A DNA stretch of 64,000 nt from positions 556,437 to 620,436 of the forward strand of contig JBBEAN010000008.1 of NCBI GenBank assembly GCA_040882865.1, written 5' to 3'. Below are positions 1 to 8,971 of the stretch, in pieces (the stretch's first letter is position 1; each line of letters opens with the position of its first letter). This stretch comes from Gammaproteobacteria bacterium (lineage in GTDB: Bacteria; Pseudomonadota; Gammaproteobacteria; Natronospirales; JAIVGZ01). A program made the position numbers and the translations under genes. The notes under the pieces were generated by a model. It saw nothing but the letters and a program-made list of their open reading frames with translations, was not told where the DNA came from and did not search any database.

Positions 1-1
1 G

Positions 2-469
2 GATATCGTCTTCGAGGTCGAGCAGGTTTTCGTCTGGGGTCAGGCGACCGGCAACGCGACCTACCTCGGTGAAACCCGCCCGTTCAACGCCGTGATGTGT
101 GCGGCGGTTGTCGATTCCGAATGGGTCGGTTGGGCAGGCTGTGACGGCGTCCAAGACGTGAATGGCAGCTACGTGATGTTCAACACGGACGCGACCGAGA
201 GTTCAGTCAACAACACCTTCTACGGGGTCATCAACGCAAACTACGACGCGATCGTCGGAGGGACGTTGAATGGCGACTCCGGCGTCGCCGGCCACACCGT
301 GGGCTGTTCCGCGCCGATCGGCTACGCGGGGGAATTCGCAGTCACCACCAGCCGGGTATCCGAGCCAACGTCTATCGACGACTGCAAGAAGGGAAATTGG
401 GAACAGTTCGGATTCAGCAATCAAGGTCGGTGCATCCAGTATCTCAATACGGGGAAAGACAGCCGCTAA
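2..469 (+). CDS. hypothetical protein, 3' fragment (frame open to the left window edge)
   Basis: The frame is open from base 2 (DIVFEVEQVFVWGQ...) to TAA 467-469, so the GTG/ATG at 92-97 in the ORF track is probably internal. C-terminal Cys motif DDCKKGNWEQFGFSNQGRCIQY. No family recognised. Confidence 0.4.
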   Translation, partial: DIVFEVEQVFVWGQATGNATYLGETRPFNAVMCAAVVDSEWVGWAGCDGVQDVNGSYVMFNTDATESSVNNTFYGVINANYDAIVGGTLNGDSGVAGHTVGCSAPIGYAGEFAVTTSRVSEPTSIDDCKKGNWEQFGFSNQGRCIQYLNTGKDSR

Positions 470-1323
470 GGCAATGGCTGCCCGCAGTGCTCGCAGCGGC
501 CACGGGCGTCGTTTACCTCGCCACGCTTCACGCGCTCGAGTTCGTCGACGAACGCGGCGCCGAGGATGGCGGTCGGTAGCGCGAACATCGCGATGCCGAG
601 TACGGAAATGACACCGCCCAGCAGACGGCCGAGCCCGGTCACCGGGTAAAGGTCCCCGTAGCCAACGGTGGTGAGCGTCGCGACCGAGTACCACATGGTC
701 GCCGGGATGCTCGTGTACACGTCGGGCTGCGCGGGGTTTTCGACGTAGTAAATCAGCGTCGAAGCGATCAACCACAGCACCGATCCGATCGCGAGCGTCA
801 CACCGAGTTCATAGCGTTTCGCCGTGAACACGCGTCCGAGCGCCTGCATCGCCGCCGAGTAGCGCGTCAGCTTGGCGAGGCGCAGGATGCGGAACAAGCG
901 CAACGCACGCAGCGCACGCAAATCGACAGCGATGAACGCGAGATAGAACGGCAGGATCGCGAGCAGGTCGAAAATCGCGAGGGGTGACGCCATATAGCGC
1001 AGCCGGCCCCAAACCGGATGCGCATAACGCGGGGACTCGACAGCCGCCCACACGCGCGCGATGTACTCGACCGTGAATACGGACACCGCGACGACTTCGA
1101 TGCTCCAGAACCACGTGCGGTAATCCGCCCCGAGCGGTTCGACGGTCTCCAGGACGAGAGCGACGATCGACAGAACAATCAGCGTGATGATGATGCGGTG
1201 AACCCACGCCTCCAACGGGCTGTGGGCCGGTGTATCGAGTATCTCGTGCGTTCTCGCGCGGATTCGCATCAACGCTACTTTACCCGGACGACCGGTCAGT
1301 TGTCCGCAAGGGCGACAAGGCAC
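466..1323 (-). CDS. voltage-gated potassium channel (6TM ion transport protein)
   Basis: K+ selectivity filter TTVGYGD. S4-like arginine ladder LRALRALRLFRILRLAKLTR. Several TM helices. Start is either GTG 1323 or ATG 1269 (MRIRARTHEILD). Confidence 0.85.
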   Translation of the reverse strand: MPCRPCGQLTGRPGKVALMRIRARTHEILDTPAHSPLEAWVHRIIITLIVLSIVALVLETVEPLGADYRTWFWSIEVVAVSVFTVEYIARVWAAVESPRYAHPVWGRLRYMASPLAIFDLLAILPFYLAFIAVDLRALRALRLFRILRLAKLTRYSAAMQALGRVFTAKRYELGVTLAIGSVLWLIASTLIYYVENPAQPDVYTSIPATMWYSVATLTTVGYGDLYPVTGLGRLLGGVISVLGIAMFALPTAILGAAFVDELERVKRGEVNDARGRCEHCGQPLP

Positions 1324-1324
1324 A

Positions 1325-2542
1325 TCAGGTCGGCAACGTATACCCGTCGTCGCGGAACAGCTTCAGGCACGCGGCGGCAGCCGCGAGGTCGTACAGCGTG
1401 CCCGCGCCCCGCTCGATTTCGGCGAGCGCCGCGTCGATGCCGAGGCCCGCGCGGTACGGCCGGTGCGACGCCATCGACTCGACGACGTCCGCGATCGCGA
1501 TGATGCGTGCCTCAAGCAATATCTCGTCGCCCTTGAGGCCGCGCGGATAGCCGCTGCCATCGATGCGTTCGTGATGCTGGCGCGCGACTTCGGCGACCGG
1601 CCACGGGAACTCGACGCCTTTCAGGATTTCATAACCAGCCTGCGCGTGCTCTTTCACCAGGCTGAATTCGATGGCGCTCAGCCGCGACGGCTTGGTCAAT
1701 ATTTCGGACGGAACCTGGATCTTGCCGACGTCGTGCAGCGAGCCGGCGATGCGCAGACCACGAAGCATGTGGTCGTCGTGGCCCATCACTTGAGCGATTG
1801 CCGCCGCAATTTCGCCGACGCGATGCTCGTGGCCGGCGGTGTACGGGTCGCGGACCTCGACCATGTGCGACACGACATCGACCGTCGCGGCGAGCGTACG
1901 GTCAGTGCGCGCGATCGAGTTGCGCAACGCTTCCTCGATCGCGACACGCGCGCTGATGTCGGTCCACGCACCGACGATTTGCGCCGGCTCCGTCGCGGTC
2001 GCGTCGATGTAGCGAAGTTCATCGTGAATGTAGGCAACCCTGCCGTCCGCGCGCAAAAACCGGTATTCGTGGACGACAGACCCTAGGTCGACGACCTTGC
2101 CCAATGCGTCGACCACCGCCTCGATGTCGTCTGGATGTACGTGCTCGTGCCACCACCCCGGTGCGAGCGCCTCGTCGAGCGTATAGCCGAAGGTACTCTG
2201 GAGGTTGTCACTGACCCACACTGGATGGAAGTTGGCGCCATCACGCTCGAGCGCGTACACAACCACCGGAATCGAAGAGAAGAACTGCGGCACGCGTCGC
2301 GTCAGCGTCCGGTTGCCGGCCTCGGCACTGTGCGCGCGTCGTTCGCTTGAGGACAGCCGGTGCAGGATGATGAACAGGATGACCGAGGTGACGAGTACGA
2401 ACCCCGCTCCCTTGAGCATGCTCGCATCGGCCAGCGCCTCGGGAGCCACGAGTTGGAGCATCAGCCAGTCGCTGCCGAGCACCCAACCGGTCGCAAGCAC
2501 TGCGTAGAGTCCGACGATCCGCCAGATCCGGTTGCTGTCCAT
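1325..2542 (-). CDS. membrane-anchored PAS / HD-GYP domain protein (c-di-GMP phosphodiesterase type)
   Basis: HD motif (SLHDVGK) and HHERIDGSGYP (HD-GYP signature). Two N-terminal TM helices and a PAS-like middle region. AGGAGG lies 6 nt upstream of ATG 2542. Confidence 0.9.
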   Translation of the reverse strand: MDSNRIWRIVGLYAVLATGWVLGSDWLMLQLVAPEALADASMLKGAGFVLVTSVILFIILHRLSSSERRAHSAEAGNRTLTRRVPQFFSSIPVVVYALERDGANFHPVWVSDNLQSTFGYTLDEALAPGWWHEHVHPDDIEAVVDALGKVVDLGSVVHEYRFLRADGRVAYIHDELRYIDATATEPAQIVGAWTDISARVAIEEALRNSIARTDRTLAATVDVVSHMVEVRDPYTAGHEHRVGEIAAAIAQVMGHDDHMLRGLRIAGSLHDVGKIQVPSEILTKPSRLSAIEFSLVKEHAQAGYEILKGVEFPWPVAEVARQHHERIDGSGYPRGLKGDEILLEARIIAIADVVESMASHRPYRAGLGIDAALAEIERGAGTLYDLAAAAACLKLFRDDGYTLPT

Positions 2543-2577
2543 TGCGCCTCCTTGGCCTCCCGATACTATACTGATTC

Positions 2578-2994
2578 ATGGTCAACGAACGCTATCGCGA
2601 CCTCGCGCCGCTCGTGTTCCGCCTGTTTCTCGCGTTCGTGTTGATTTATGGCACGCTCGACAACGTCTTGAGCCAAGAACGCATGGTGGAGTTTCGTGAT
2701 TTCCTCGCGCAGAATGGCTTCCCGTACCCGCCGTACGCGGCGTACCTTGGCGTGTATGCGCAGTTCATCGCCGGTATCCTGTTCGCGCTGGGCTTGTTCA
2801 TCCGGTACGCCGCGGCGGTGATGGTGGTGAATTGGATTGTCGCAATCGTGATGGTGCATTGGGGGCTGCCCTTCCAGCAGAACATCGCGGTCATCGCGAT
2901 GCTGGTCGGGGCGGTGTTCTTCGTGTTGTACGGCGCGCCGCGTTACTCATTGGATGCGTGGCGCAGGAGGGGAGTGACACATGGCCAAATCTAA
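2578..2994 (+). CDS. DoxX family membrane protein
   Basis: 138 aa, four TM helices, DoxX-like sequence (FLAFVLIYGTLDNV..., YLGVYAQFIAGILFALGLF). Confidence 0.75.
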   Translation: MVNERYRDLAPLVFRLFLAFVLIYGTLDNVLSQERMVEFRDFLAQNGFPYPPYAAYLGVYAQFIAGILFALGLFIRYAAAVMVVNWIVAIVMVHWGLPFQQNIAVIAMLVGAVFFVLYGAPRYSLDAWRRRGVTHGQI

Positions 2995-3079
2995 AGACCA
3001 GAAACGGGAAACCAAGAAGCAACCAAAGATGACCTTGCAGGAAAAGCGCGTCGCAAAACGCGAGAAAAAAGGGAAGTAA
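2981..3079 (+). CDS. candidate small lysine-rich protein (32 aa)
   Basis: Below the ORF-track size cut-off. ATG 2981 is preceded by AGGAGGGGAG (2966-2975). Translation MAKSKDQKRETKKQPKMTLQEKRVAKREKKGK, stop TAA 3077-3079. Overlaps the DoxX 3' end by 14 nt. Confidence 0.35.
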   Translation: MAKSKDQKRETKKQPKMTLQEKRVAKREKKGK

Positions 3080-3081
3080 AC

Positions 3082-3264
3082 TCAGTCGTACGGCGGCGGC
3101 TGGTCGGTCGCCTGTTGCGGGCCGATCAGCAGCAACACGATGAACGCGAGGAACGGGCTCGCGAGCAGCGACAGGATGAAATAGCCGAACAGCGAACGGC
3201 CGCGGTTGCGCGCGAACACGCCCACCATGACCGAGAACAATAGGTAGAGCAGTACGAGAACCAT
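3082..3264 (-). CDS. small membrane protein (2 TM)
   Basis: 60 aa with two hydrophobic helices separated by ARNRGRS and a Pro-rich tail. ATG start 3262-3264. Confidence 0.5.
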   Translation of the reverse strand: MVLVLLYLLFSVMVGVFARNRGRSLFGYFILSLLASPFLAFIVLLLIGPQQATDQPPPYD

Positions 3265-3371
3265 CGGTGCAGTTTACACTTGATCTGCACGGTGTTCCTC
3301 CATGTGGACTACACTACCCCCATGCCTGCGCCTCGAGGAAAGCTGGCAGACCGAGTCGGCGCGCTGCCGCT

Positions 3372-4985
3372 ATGACTGCGTACCGCGCCTTCCTTGTCGC
3401 ACTCATTTTCGTCGGCCTGATCGTCGTCGGCGCGGTTTTCGTCACGCTGCAGGCGGCTGAGACAACCGCCGCCCGGACCGAAGCGGCTGGACGTCTGTTG
3501 TTGCTCGAGCGGGTGAAAGTGAGCCTGCTGCGCAGCGAAAGCACGCAACGCGCCTACCTGTTGACCGGAGACGGCGCATACCTGCAGTTGTCCGAGCGGA
3601 ATGCGGCCGACGTCGTCCAGCACCTCGATAGGCTGCGCGCCGGCGGCTATGCCGCCCACACACTGCCTGCGGACATCGCCGAATTGCATGCCGCGGCGCG
3701 CGGGCGCATCGATTCGCTGCGCGAGGTCATCGACACGAACGGTCGCGACGGGCCTGATAGGGCCCAGCTGCTCATCCGTGATCGCGCGTCGGCCGACATG
3801 GACCGCTACCTCACCGTGAGTGCGCGGATCGAGCAGAGCGAGACCGTTCACCTGCAATCGCTGCGGGACCATTCAACAGTCCTGGCGACGCGCTTGCTGT
3901 GGCTGCTCGGTCTTGGTGCCGTGCTGAATCTCGCGTTGCTCTGGCTCGTCTACCGTGTCATGCGCGGCGACATGCGCCTGAAGCAACAGCTGATCGACCG
4001 GATGGAGAAGAGCGGAGACGAAATCGTCCACCTGAACGAGATGAACAGCGCATTGCTGTCCTGCAGCGACCAGCAGGAGGCGAATCAAGTTGTGCGTCAC
4101 TACATCCGATTGCTCTTCCCCGGTACCGCTGGCGGCCTGTACTTGTACCGCGCATCGCGCAACCTGCTGGAACTGCAGGCCACGTGGGGTACGCCTGACG
4201 GCGCCGTCGCTGATTCGATACTGAGCGACGAATGCTGGTCGTTGCGGCGCGGTGCCACCCATCTCCACCGTGGCGACGACGACCTCGCATGCACGCATGT
4301 CGACCCGAGCGGCACGGGTTACTGTTGTGTACCGATGATGGCGCTCGGCGAGACGCTGGGCATGCTCCATACGCAGTGCGATTCCTCTGACACCGAGCGG
4401 GTGCGGTTGATTGAGACCGTCGCGACACAGGTAGCGAGCGCGATGGCGAATTTAAATCTACGCGCCGCGTTGCATGCGCAATCTATCAAGGATCCGTTGA
4501 CCGGCCTTTTCAACCGCCGCTACCTCGAGGAGACCGTCCAGCGCGAGACGCTCCGGGCGTTGCGCAACGACGGTTCGATGGGTGTGGTCATCCTGGACAT
4601 AGACCACTTCAAGACCTTCAACGACAGCCACGGGCACCAAGCCGGCGACTATGTGCTGCAAGTGGTCGGCGAAGCGCTGCGCAATGCGATCCGCGGCGAC
4701 GATATTGCGTGTCGCTACGGTGGCGAGGAGTTCACCTTGATTCTGCCGGGCGCCACGCTCGAGCAAGCGGTGCAGCGCGCGGAACAGGTGCGCATCGCAA
4801 TTTCACAACTGCCGTTACACGTCGGCGGGCGCACGCTCGACGCGATTACGATATCGCTCGGCGTCGCGTCGTTCCCGGCACATGGCAACGACTGGCCTCG
4901 TGTATTGCAGGCGGCCGACGCCGCTCTCTATCAGGCGAAACAAAAGGGCCGTAACTGCGTCGTCACCGCGGTACGCCCTGAATGA
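3372..4985 (+). CDS. diguanylate cyclase, CHASE3 sensor / GAF-like / GGDEF
   Basis: Active site RYGGEEF with an RxxD I-site (RGDD) 5 residues upstream. CHASE3-like periplasmic region (STQRAYLLTGDGAYLQ) lies between two TM helices. ATG 3372 (MTAYRAFLVALIF) is preferred because the GTG at 3267 sits only 2 nt from the divergent gene's start codon. Confidence 0.85.
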   Translation: MTAYRAFLVALIFVGLIVVGAVFVTLQAAETTAARTEAAGRLLLLERVKVSLLRSESTQRAYLLTGDGAYLQLSERNAADVVQHLDRLRAGGYAAHTLPADIAELHAAARGRIDSLREVIDTNGRDGPDRAQLLIRDRASADMDRYLTVSARIEQSETVHLQSLRDHSTVLATRLLWLLGLGAVLNLALLWLVYRVMRGDMRLKQQLIDRMEKSGDEIVHLNEMNSALLSCSDQQEANQVVRHYIRLLFPGTAGGLYLYRASRNLLELQATWGTPDGAVADSILSDECWSLRRGATHLHRGDDDLACTHVDPSGTGYCCVPMMALGETLGMLHTQCDSSDTERVRLIETVATQVASAMANLNLRAALHAQSIKDPLTGLFNRRYLEETVQRETLRALRNDGSMGVVILDIDHFKTFNDSHGHQAGDYVLQVVGEALRNAIRGDDIACRYGGEEFTLILPGATLEQAVQRAEQVRIAISQLPLHVGGRTLDAITISLGVASFPAHGNDWPRVLQAADAALYQAKQKGRNCVVTAVRPE

Positions 4986-5063
4986 CTATTTGGGAATTTT
5001 TACTCTCAAATAGTGTGATGCAGTTCGCACCGCTGGCCGATTCGGGCGCGTACAAATCCTCAC

Positions 5064-5423
5064 ATGAACGAAGACATCACCCAAATCCGGCGCCGCGCGG
5101 TCATGAGCCGCGCGCTGCTTCGCACGACGAGCCGCCTCGGTCTGAGCCGCGAACGGCTCGCGTCCGCGACCGGCCTGCGTCTTGCCGAAATCGCCTCGCT
5201 GGAAAACGAAGCGGGCGAGCTCGACCCGGCCGACCCGCGCTGGAATGCGTTCGTCGAACTCGTCCGCTTATGCTGGATCCTGGACGTCGTGTCGGCGGGC
5301 GACGACGCCGCCATGCGCGACTGGATGCATTGCTACAATCGCGACCTCAACGCCGTTCCGGCCGACTTCATTGCAGGCGAACGCGGGCTCAGCGAGGCAA
5401 TCCGTTACCTCGAGGCCCACTAA
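5064..5423 (+). CDS. Xre-like HTH / DUF2384 (MbcA-ParS type) antitoxin-like protein, no toxin partner
   Basis: 119 aa. The C-terminal part (DDAAMRDWMHCYNRDLNAVPADFIAGERGLSEAIRYLE) resembles the DUF2384 toxin-binding domain of RES-toxin antitoxins. No RES-type ORF is adjacent. Confidence 0.55.
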   Translation: MNEDITQIRRRAVMSRALLRTTSRLGLSRERLASATGLRLAEIASLENEAGELDPADPRWNAFVELVRLCWILDVVSAGDDAAMRDWMHCYNRDLNAVPADFIAGERGLSEAIRYLEAH

Positions 5424-5438
5424 CCACTCGTTTCAGCT

Positions 5439-5777
5439 TTAGTGGCCTTCGTGATCCTTCCGGCCCTTACCCTTGCCTTTGCCTTTGTGCATCTTTTCCA
5501 TCTTCGCGATCTGGTCTTCATTGAGAAGCGCGCGAATCTCGGTGCGGACCTGCTCGTGCGACTTCTTGATTTGCTCACGCGCGTCTGCGGTCCGCTCGTG
5601 ATGCTGCTTCATAAGCGCTTCGACCTGGGCGCGCTGGCTGTCGGTGAGATCCAGCCGCTCGGCCATGCGGTCCATGTGCCGCTCGTGCCTGTCGCCGCCA
5701 TGCTCGCCGGGGTTCGCCCAGGCGCCGCTCGCCAGTGTGAGGCCCAGCGCCGCGGCCGTCAGTAGAGTCATTCTCAT
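5439..5777 (-). CDS. Spy/CpxP-family periplasmic protein (LTxxQ motif)
   Basis: Signal peptide MRMTLLTAAALGLTLASGAWA. LTDSQRAQVEALMKQHHE motif. His/Lys-rich tail. GGAG lies upstream of ATG 5777. Confidence 0.75.
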   Translation of the reverse strand: MRMTLLTAAALGLTLASGAWANPGEHGGDRHERHMDRMAERLDLTDSQRAQVEALMKQHHERTADAREQIKKSHEQVRTEIRALLNEDQIAKMEKMHKGKGKGKGRKDHEGH

Positions 5778-5850
5778 GATGCATCTCCGTAGTGGGACGT
5801 ATGGCAGTATGAACCGGATCCCCCCACAAAGTTCCGTTGCGAGCAATCGC

Positions 5851-6960
5851 CTACGACGTCGCCCGGCGGCGGGTGAACATCACCGGCACGAATCGCACGA
5901 AATAAACGAGGAAGCCGGCCACCCAGAGCGCCGCCGCCACAACCAGTGCGAGCCGCCCGGCATTGAACGGCAGCAATGGATAGATGAGTCGCGGTACCAC
6001 CGCGGTCGCAATCAGTACGAATGCAGTGACCATCCAGCCATCGGCGCGCAGGGGCCGGCCACTGTGGCCAAGCGCCACGCGCGTCATCATGCCGATTGCA
6101 AGGCTGCCGAGCGCACCCATCGTCAGCGCGTGCAGCGTCGCCGCGGGTGGGAATGGCGTCGCCCGTAACGCGAGTGCGATGACAATCCAGAGATAGCCGA
6201 CGTGGAGTATCCACAACAACGGAACGCCCAGCGTGCCCCAAGGCTTCCAGTACGTCATGCGGGCCGCGAGCAACAACGCCGCGGCGACCGCGACCCAACC
6301 CGGCCACGCAGCGGTCGGCGCGAGCCAACCGGCAATCACCGCGGCAATGACCGCCGCCACGGACACGTGTCCAAGCTGCGCATTGTCCTTGACGCCGAGT
6401 GTCGGCAATCCACGCCCGGTGAAAAACGGGATCACACGCGCACCGATGAAGACCAGGAGGATCATCACGACATCGATCGCCGCCCTCAAGAACGCGACCG
6501 ACGGCCAAAGGTGCACCGCGACGCCCGCGAGCGATAAGGCCGTGAGAATCGCGAGCACCGGGTAATTGCGACGATTCCGAGTCGCGAGGATTGGCACGGC
6601 GACCACAAGGGTCAGCGCCGGGAAGAAGGCTGCCGCAAGCACCTCAACGACGGGCATCGGCAGAACCGGCCAGACGAGGCCGATGCGCGGCACCAGCCAG
6701 AGGACGGCAAGGCCCGCGATGAGCCGCGGCCCGGCGACGAGCCGACCGGTCCAGTTGCCGACGGCCGTGAGCAAGAATCCGGCAATCAGCGCCGCCGCGA
6801 AGCCGAACACCATCTCGTGCCCGTGCCACACCAACGGCGACCAGCCGACCGCGCCCTGGCCGCTGCCGGTGAGGAACGCGACCCAAGCGATGACGTGGAA
6901 CACCGCGAAACCGGAAGCGGCGAGGAAGAACGGACGAAACCCATCGGAAAATAGCGGCAT
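5851..6960 (-). CDS. NnrS family membrane protein
   Basis: Starts MPLFSDGFRPFFLAASGFAVFHV, a typical NnrS N-terminus, followed by about 12 TM helices. The 528-aa track ORF is an upstream over-extension that overlaps the next + strand gene. Confidence 0.8.
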   Translation of the reverse strand: MPLFSDGFRPFFLAASGFAVFHVIAWVAFLTGSGQGAVGWSPLVWHGHEMVFGFAAALIAGFLLTAVGNWTGRLVAGPRLIAGLAVLWLVPRIGLVWPVLPMPVVEVLAAAFFPALTLVVAVPILATRNRRNYPVLAILTALSLAGVAVHLWPSVAFLRAAIDVVMILLVFIGARVIPFFTGRGLPTLGVKDNAQLGHVSVAAVIAAVIAGWLAPTAAWPGWVAVAAALLLAARMTYWKPWGTLGVPLLWILHVGYLWIVIALALRATPFPPAATLHALTMGALGSLAIGMMTRVALGHSGRPLRADGWMVTAFVLIATAVVPRLIYPLLPFNAGRLALVVAAALWVAGFLVYFVRFVPVMFTRRRATS

Positions 6961-7056
6961 TGCCGCACCATAGGCGGTCGCGCCCCGTCGGACGTTGCGC
7001 CAGCGCAAACCGCACGGTACCGTACTGGACGATTGCCTTGGAATCAGGAGCACGCA

Positions 7057-7617
7057 ATGCCGTTGACAATCAACTTCGAACTCAGTGATCAGGACCTCGA
7101 ACATTTCCGCGAGCTCATGCAAAAGGCGATCACGGCCGCGGCAACGGAGGCCCCGTCCGCCATCATTGCGGGTACCGAGAAGCTGCTCGCGCGGCTGCGC
7201 GGTGTTGAGCTGCCGGAGTTCATCCGCACGCGGATGACGAGCCTCGAGATGATGAAAACGATGCTCGAGGACAAGGGCTTCGACCTGCCTGACGAAGAGC
7301 GCCAGCGCGTGGTGAGCGCCCTGACCTACTTCCTCGATCCGGACGACATCATCGCTGACGACATCCCCGTGCTGGGTTTCCTCGACGACGCGATCATGAT
7401 CGAGTTGATCAACGAGGAGCTCCAGGAAGAGCTGCACGCGTACCGCGACTTCTGCCAGTTCCGGGAGACCGAATGCAACCGGCGCGGCACCGAGATCTCG
7501 CTGATGACGCGTGAAGAGTGGATGGACTCGAAGCGGATTGAGCTCATCGACCGGATCCGCGAACGCCGTGCCGAGCGCGGCCGCCGCGGCCGCCGGTCGC
7601 TATTCGGCGGCTACTGA
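7057..7617 (+). CDS. DUF1232 (YkvA-like) domain protein
   Basis: DIPVLGFLDDAIMIELI matches the DUF1232 core. AGGAG lies 6 nt upstream of ATG 7057. Confidence 0.55.
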   Translation: MPLTINFELSDQDLEHFRELMQKAITAAATEAPSAIIAGTEKLLARLRGVELPEFIRTRMTSLEMMKTMLEDKGFDLPDEERQRVVSALTYFLDPDDIIADDIPVLGFLDDAIMIELINEELQEELHAYRDFCQFRETECNRRGTEISLMTREEWMDSKRIELIDRIRERRAERGRRGRRSLFGGY

Positions 7618-7621
7618 CGCT

Positions 7622-8971
7622 TCACTCGAGTTTCCGATACAGGGTGCGGCGCCCGATGTCGAGAATTTCGGCAGCGCGCCGCTTGTTGTCACCCGTGTAC
7701 TCCAATACCCAGCGGATGTAGCGCCGCTCGAGCTCGGCGAGCGTGATCGGCATCGCATCGCCGAGTCCGAAGGGGTCCGACTTCGCCTGTGACGCCTCGT
7801 CGCCGCCCGCGCGAACGCGATCCGGTAAGTGGCGCGGTTCGATTCGGTTACCGGAGCAAAAGGTCGCGGCGCGCGTGAGCGTGTTCTGCAATTCGCGCAC
7901 GTTGCCGGGGAACGGGTACTTCTGGATCATCTCGAGCGTCGCATCCGCGAGCATCAACGACGGCCGCCCCAGGTCGCGGGCGAGCCGCGCGAGGATGTGT
8001 GCGGCGAGCTCGATTTTGTCGTCGCCGCGCTCACGCAGCGGCGGCAGGTGCAGTTGCAGCGCCTCGAGCCGGTAATACAGGTCCTCCCGCACTGCGCCCG
8101 CAGCGACTTCATCCTCGAGCTTGCGGTTCGTCGCGGTGATGATGCGGACATCCACCTCGATTTCGGCGTTACCCCCGACCGGCCGCACCTTATGGTCCTG
8201 CAGTACCCGAAGGAGTTTTGCCTGCAGCGCCAGCGGCATTTCGCCGAGCTCGTCGAGGAACAGCGAACCGCCGCCCGCTTCCGCAAACAGCCCCGCGCGG
8301 GCGCCGCGGGCGCCCGTGAAGGCGCCGGCCGTGTGTCCGAAAAATTCCGCTTCCAGCAACGCCTCGGGGATACTCGCGCAGTTCACCGGCACGAACGGAC
8401 CCGCCCGACGCTCGCTCTCGTCGTGGATTGCGCGCGCGACGAGTTCCTTGCCGGTGCCCGACTCGCCCGTGATCAGAACGGGTTCCGATGAGCGCGCGAC
8501 CTGGCGGATCGCGGTGTACACGCGCTGCATCACCGTGCTCGATCCGACCATGCCGTGAAATTCCGACGCACCCCGCAGCGCATCGAGATCCGCGCGCGCG
8601 CGCCGCTGTGCGAGCACGCGGTCGACGCGAATGACCAGGTGCTCGAGATCGAGCGGCTTCGTCAAAAAATCATCGGCGCCCTTCTTCAACGCTTCGACCG
8701 CCTGGGGCACCGAGCCGAACGCGGTAATCAGCACGATACCGGGGCTGCCGGGCTGCGCGCGCAGCGACTCGAGCAGGTCCATCCCGTTACCGTCGGGTAA
8801 TCGAAGGTCGCTGATGACGACGTCGCACGGACTCGCCGAAAGGAATTGCCGAGCCGCCTTGATACCGGGCGCGGTCTCCACCGTGTAGCCATGCTCGGCG
8901 AGCTCGTCCGCCAGTAATTGCCGAAGCGCGTCGTCATCCTCGACGATCAGGATCGTTGCGTACTCAGGCAT
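7622..8971 (-). CDS. sigma-54-dependent response regulator (NtrC family)
   Basis: REC domain, AAA+ domain with Walker A GESGTGKE and the sigma-54 contact loop GAFTGA, and a C-terminal HTH (RRAAEILDIGRRTLYRKL). Confidence 0.9.
   Translation of the reverse strand: MPEYATILIVEDDDALRQLLADELAEHGYTVETAPGIKAARQFLSASPCDVVISDLRLPDGNGMDLLESLRAQPGSPGIVLITAFGSVPQAVEALKKGADDFLTKPLDLEHLVIRVDRVLAQRRARADLDALRGASEFHGMVGSSTVMQRVYTAIRQVARSSEPVLITGESGTGKELVARAIHDESERRAGPFVPVNCASIPEALLEAEFFGHTAGAFTGARGARAGLFAEAGGGSLFLDELGEMPLALQAKLLRVLQDHKVRPVGGNAEIEVDVRIITATNRKLEDEVAAGAVREDLYYRLEALQLHLPPLRERGDDKIELAAHILARLARDLGRPSLMLADATLEMIQKYPFPGNVRELQNTLTRAATFCSGNRIEPRHLPDRVRAGGDEASQAKSDPFGLGDAMPITLAELERRYIRWVLEYTGDNKRRAAEILDIGRRTLYRKLE

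Noticed and set aside
3267-3371. Longer start (GTG 3267) for the GGDEF protein
   Set aside because: It would begin 2 nt from the divergent gene's start codon, and the extra 35 residues are Arg/Pro/Ala-rich with no TM or signal character. ATG 3372 begins directly with the first TM helix.
5424-5850. Search for a RES-domain toxin partner of the DUF2384-like gene
   Set aside because: The only ORFs here are the convergent Spy/CpxP-like gene and its shadow frames, so no toxin candidate exists.
6961-7437. N-terminal 159-aa extension of the NnrS ORF (track ORF 5851-7437)
   Set aside because: The extension has no TM character and overlaps the + strand DUF1232 gene. The canonical NnrS N-terminus MPLFSDGFRPFF starts at 6960.
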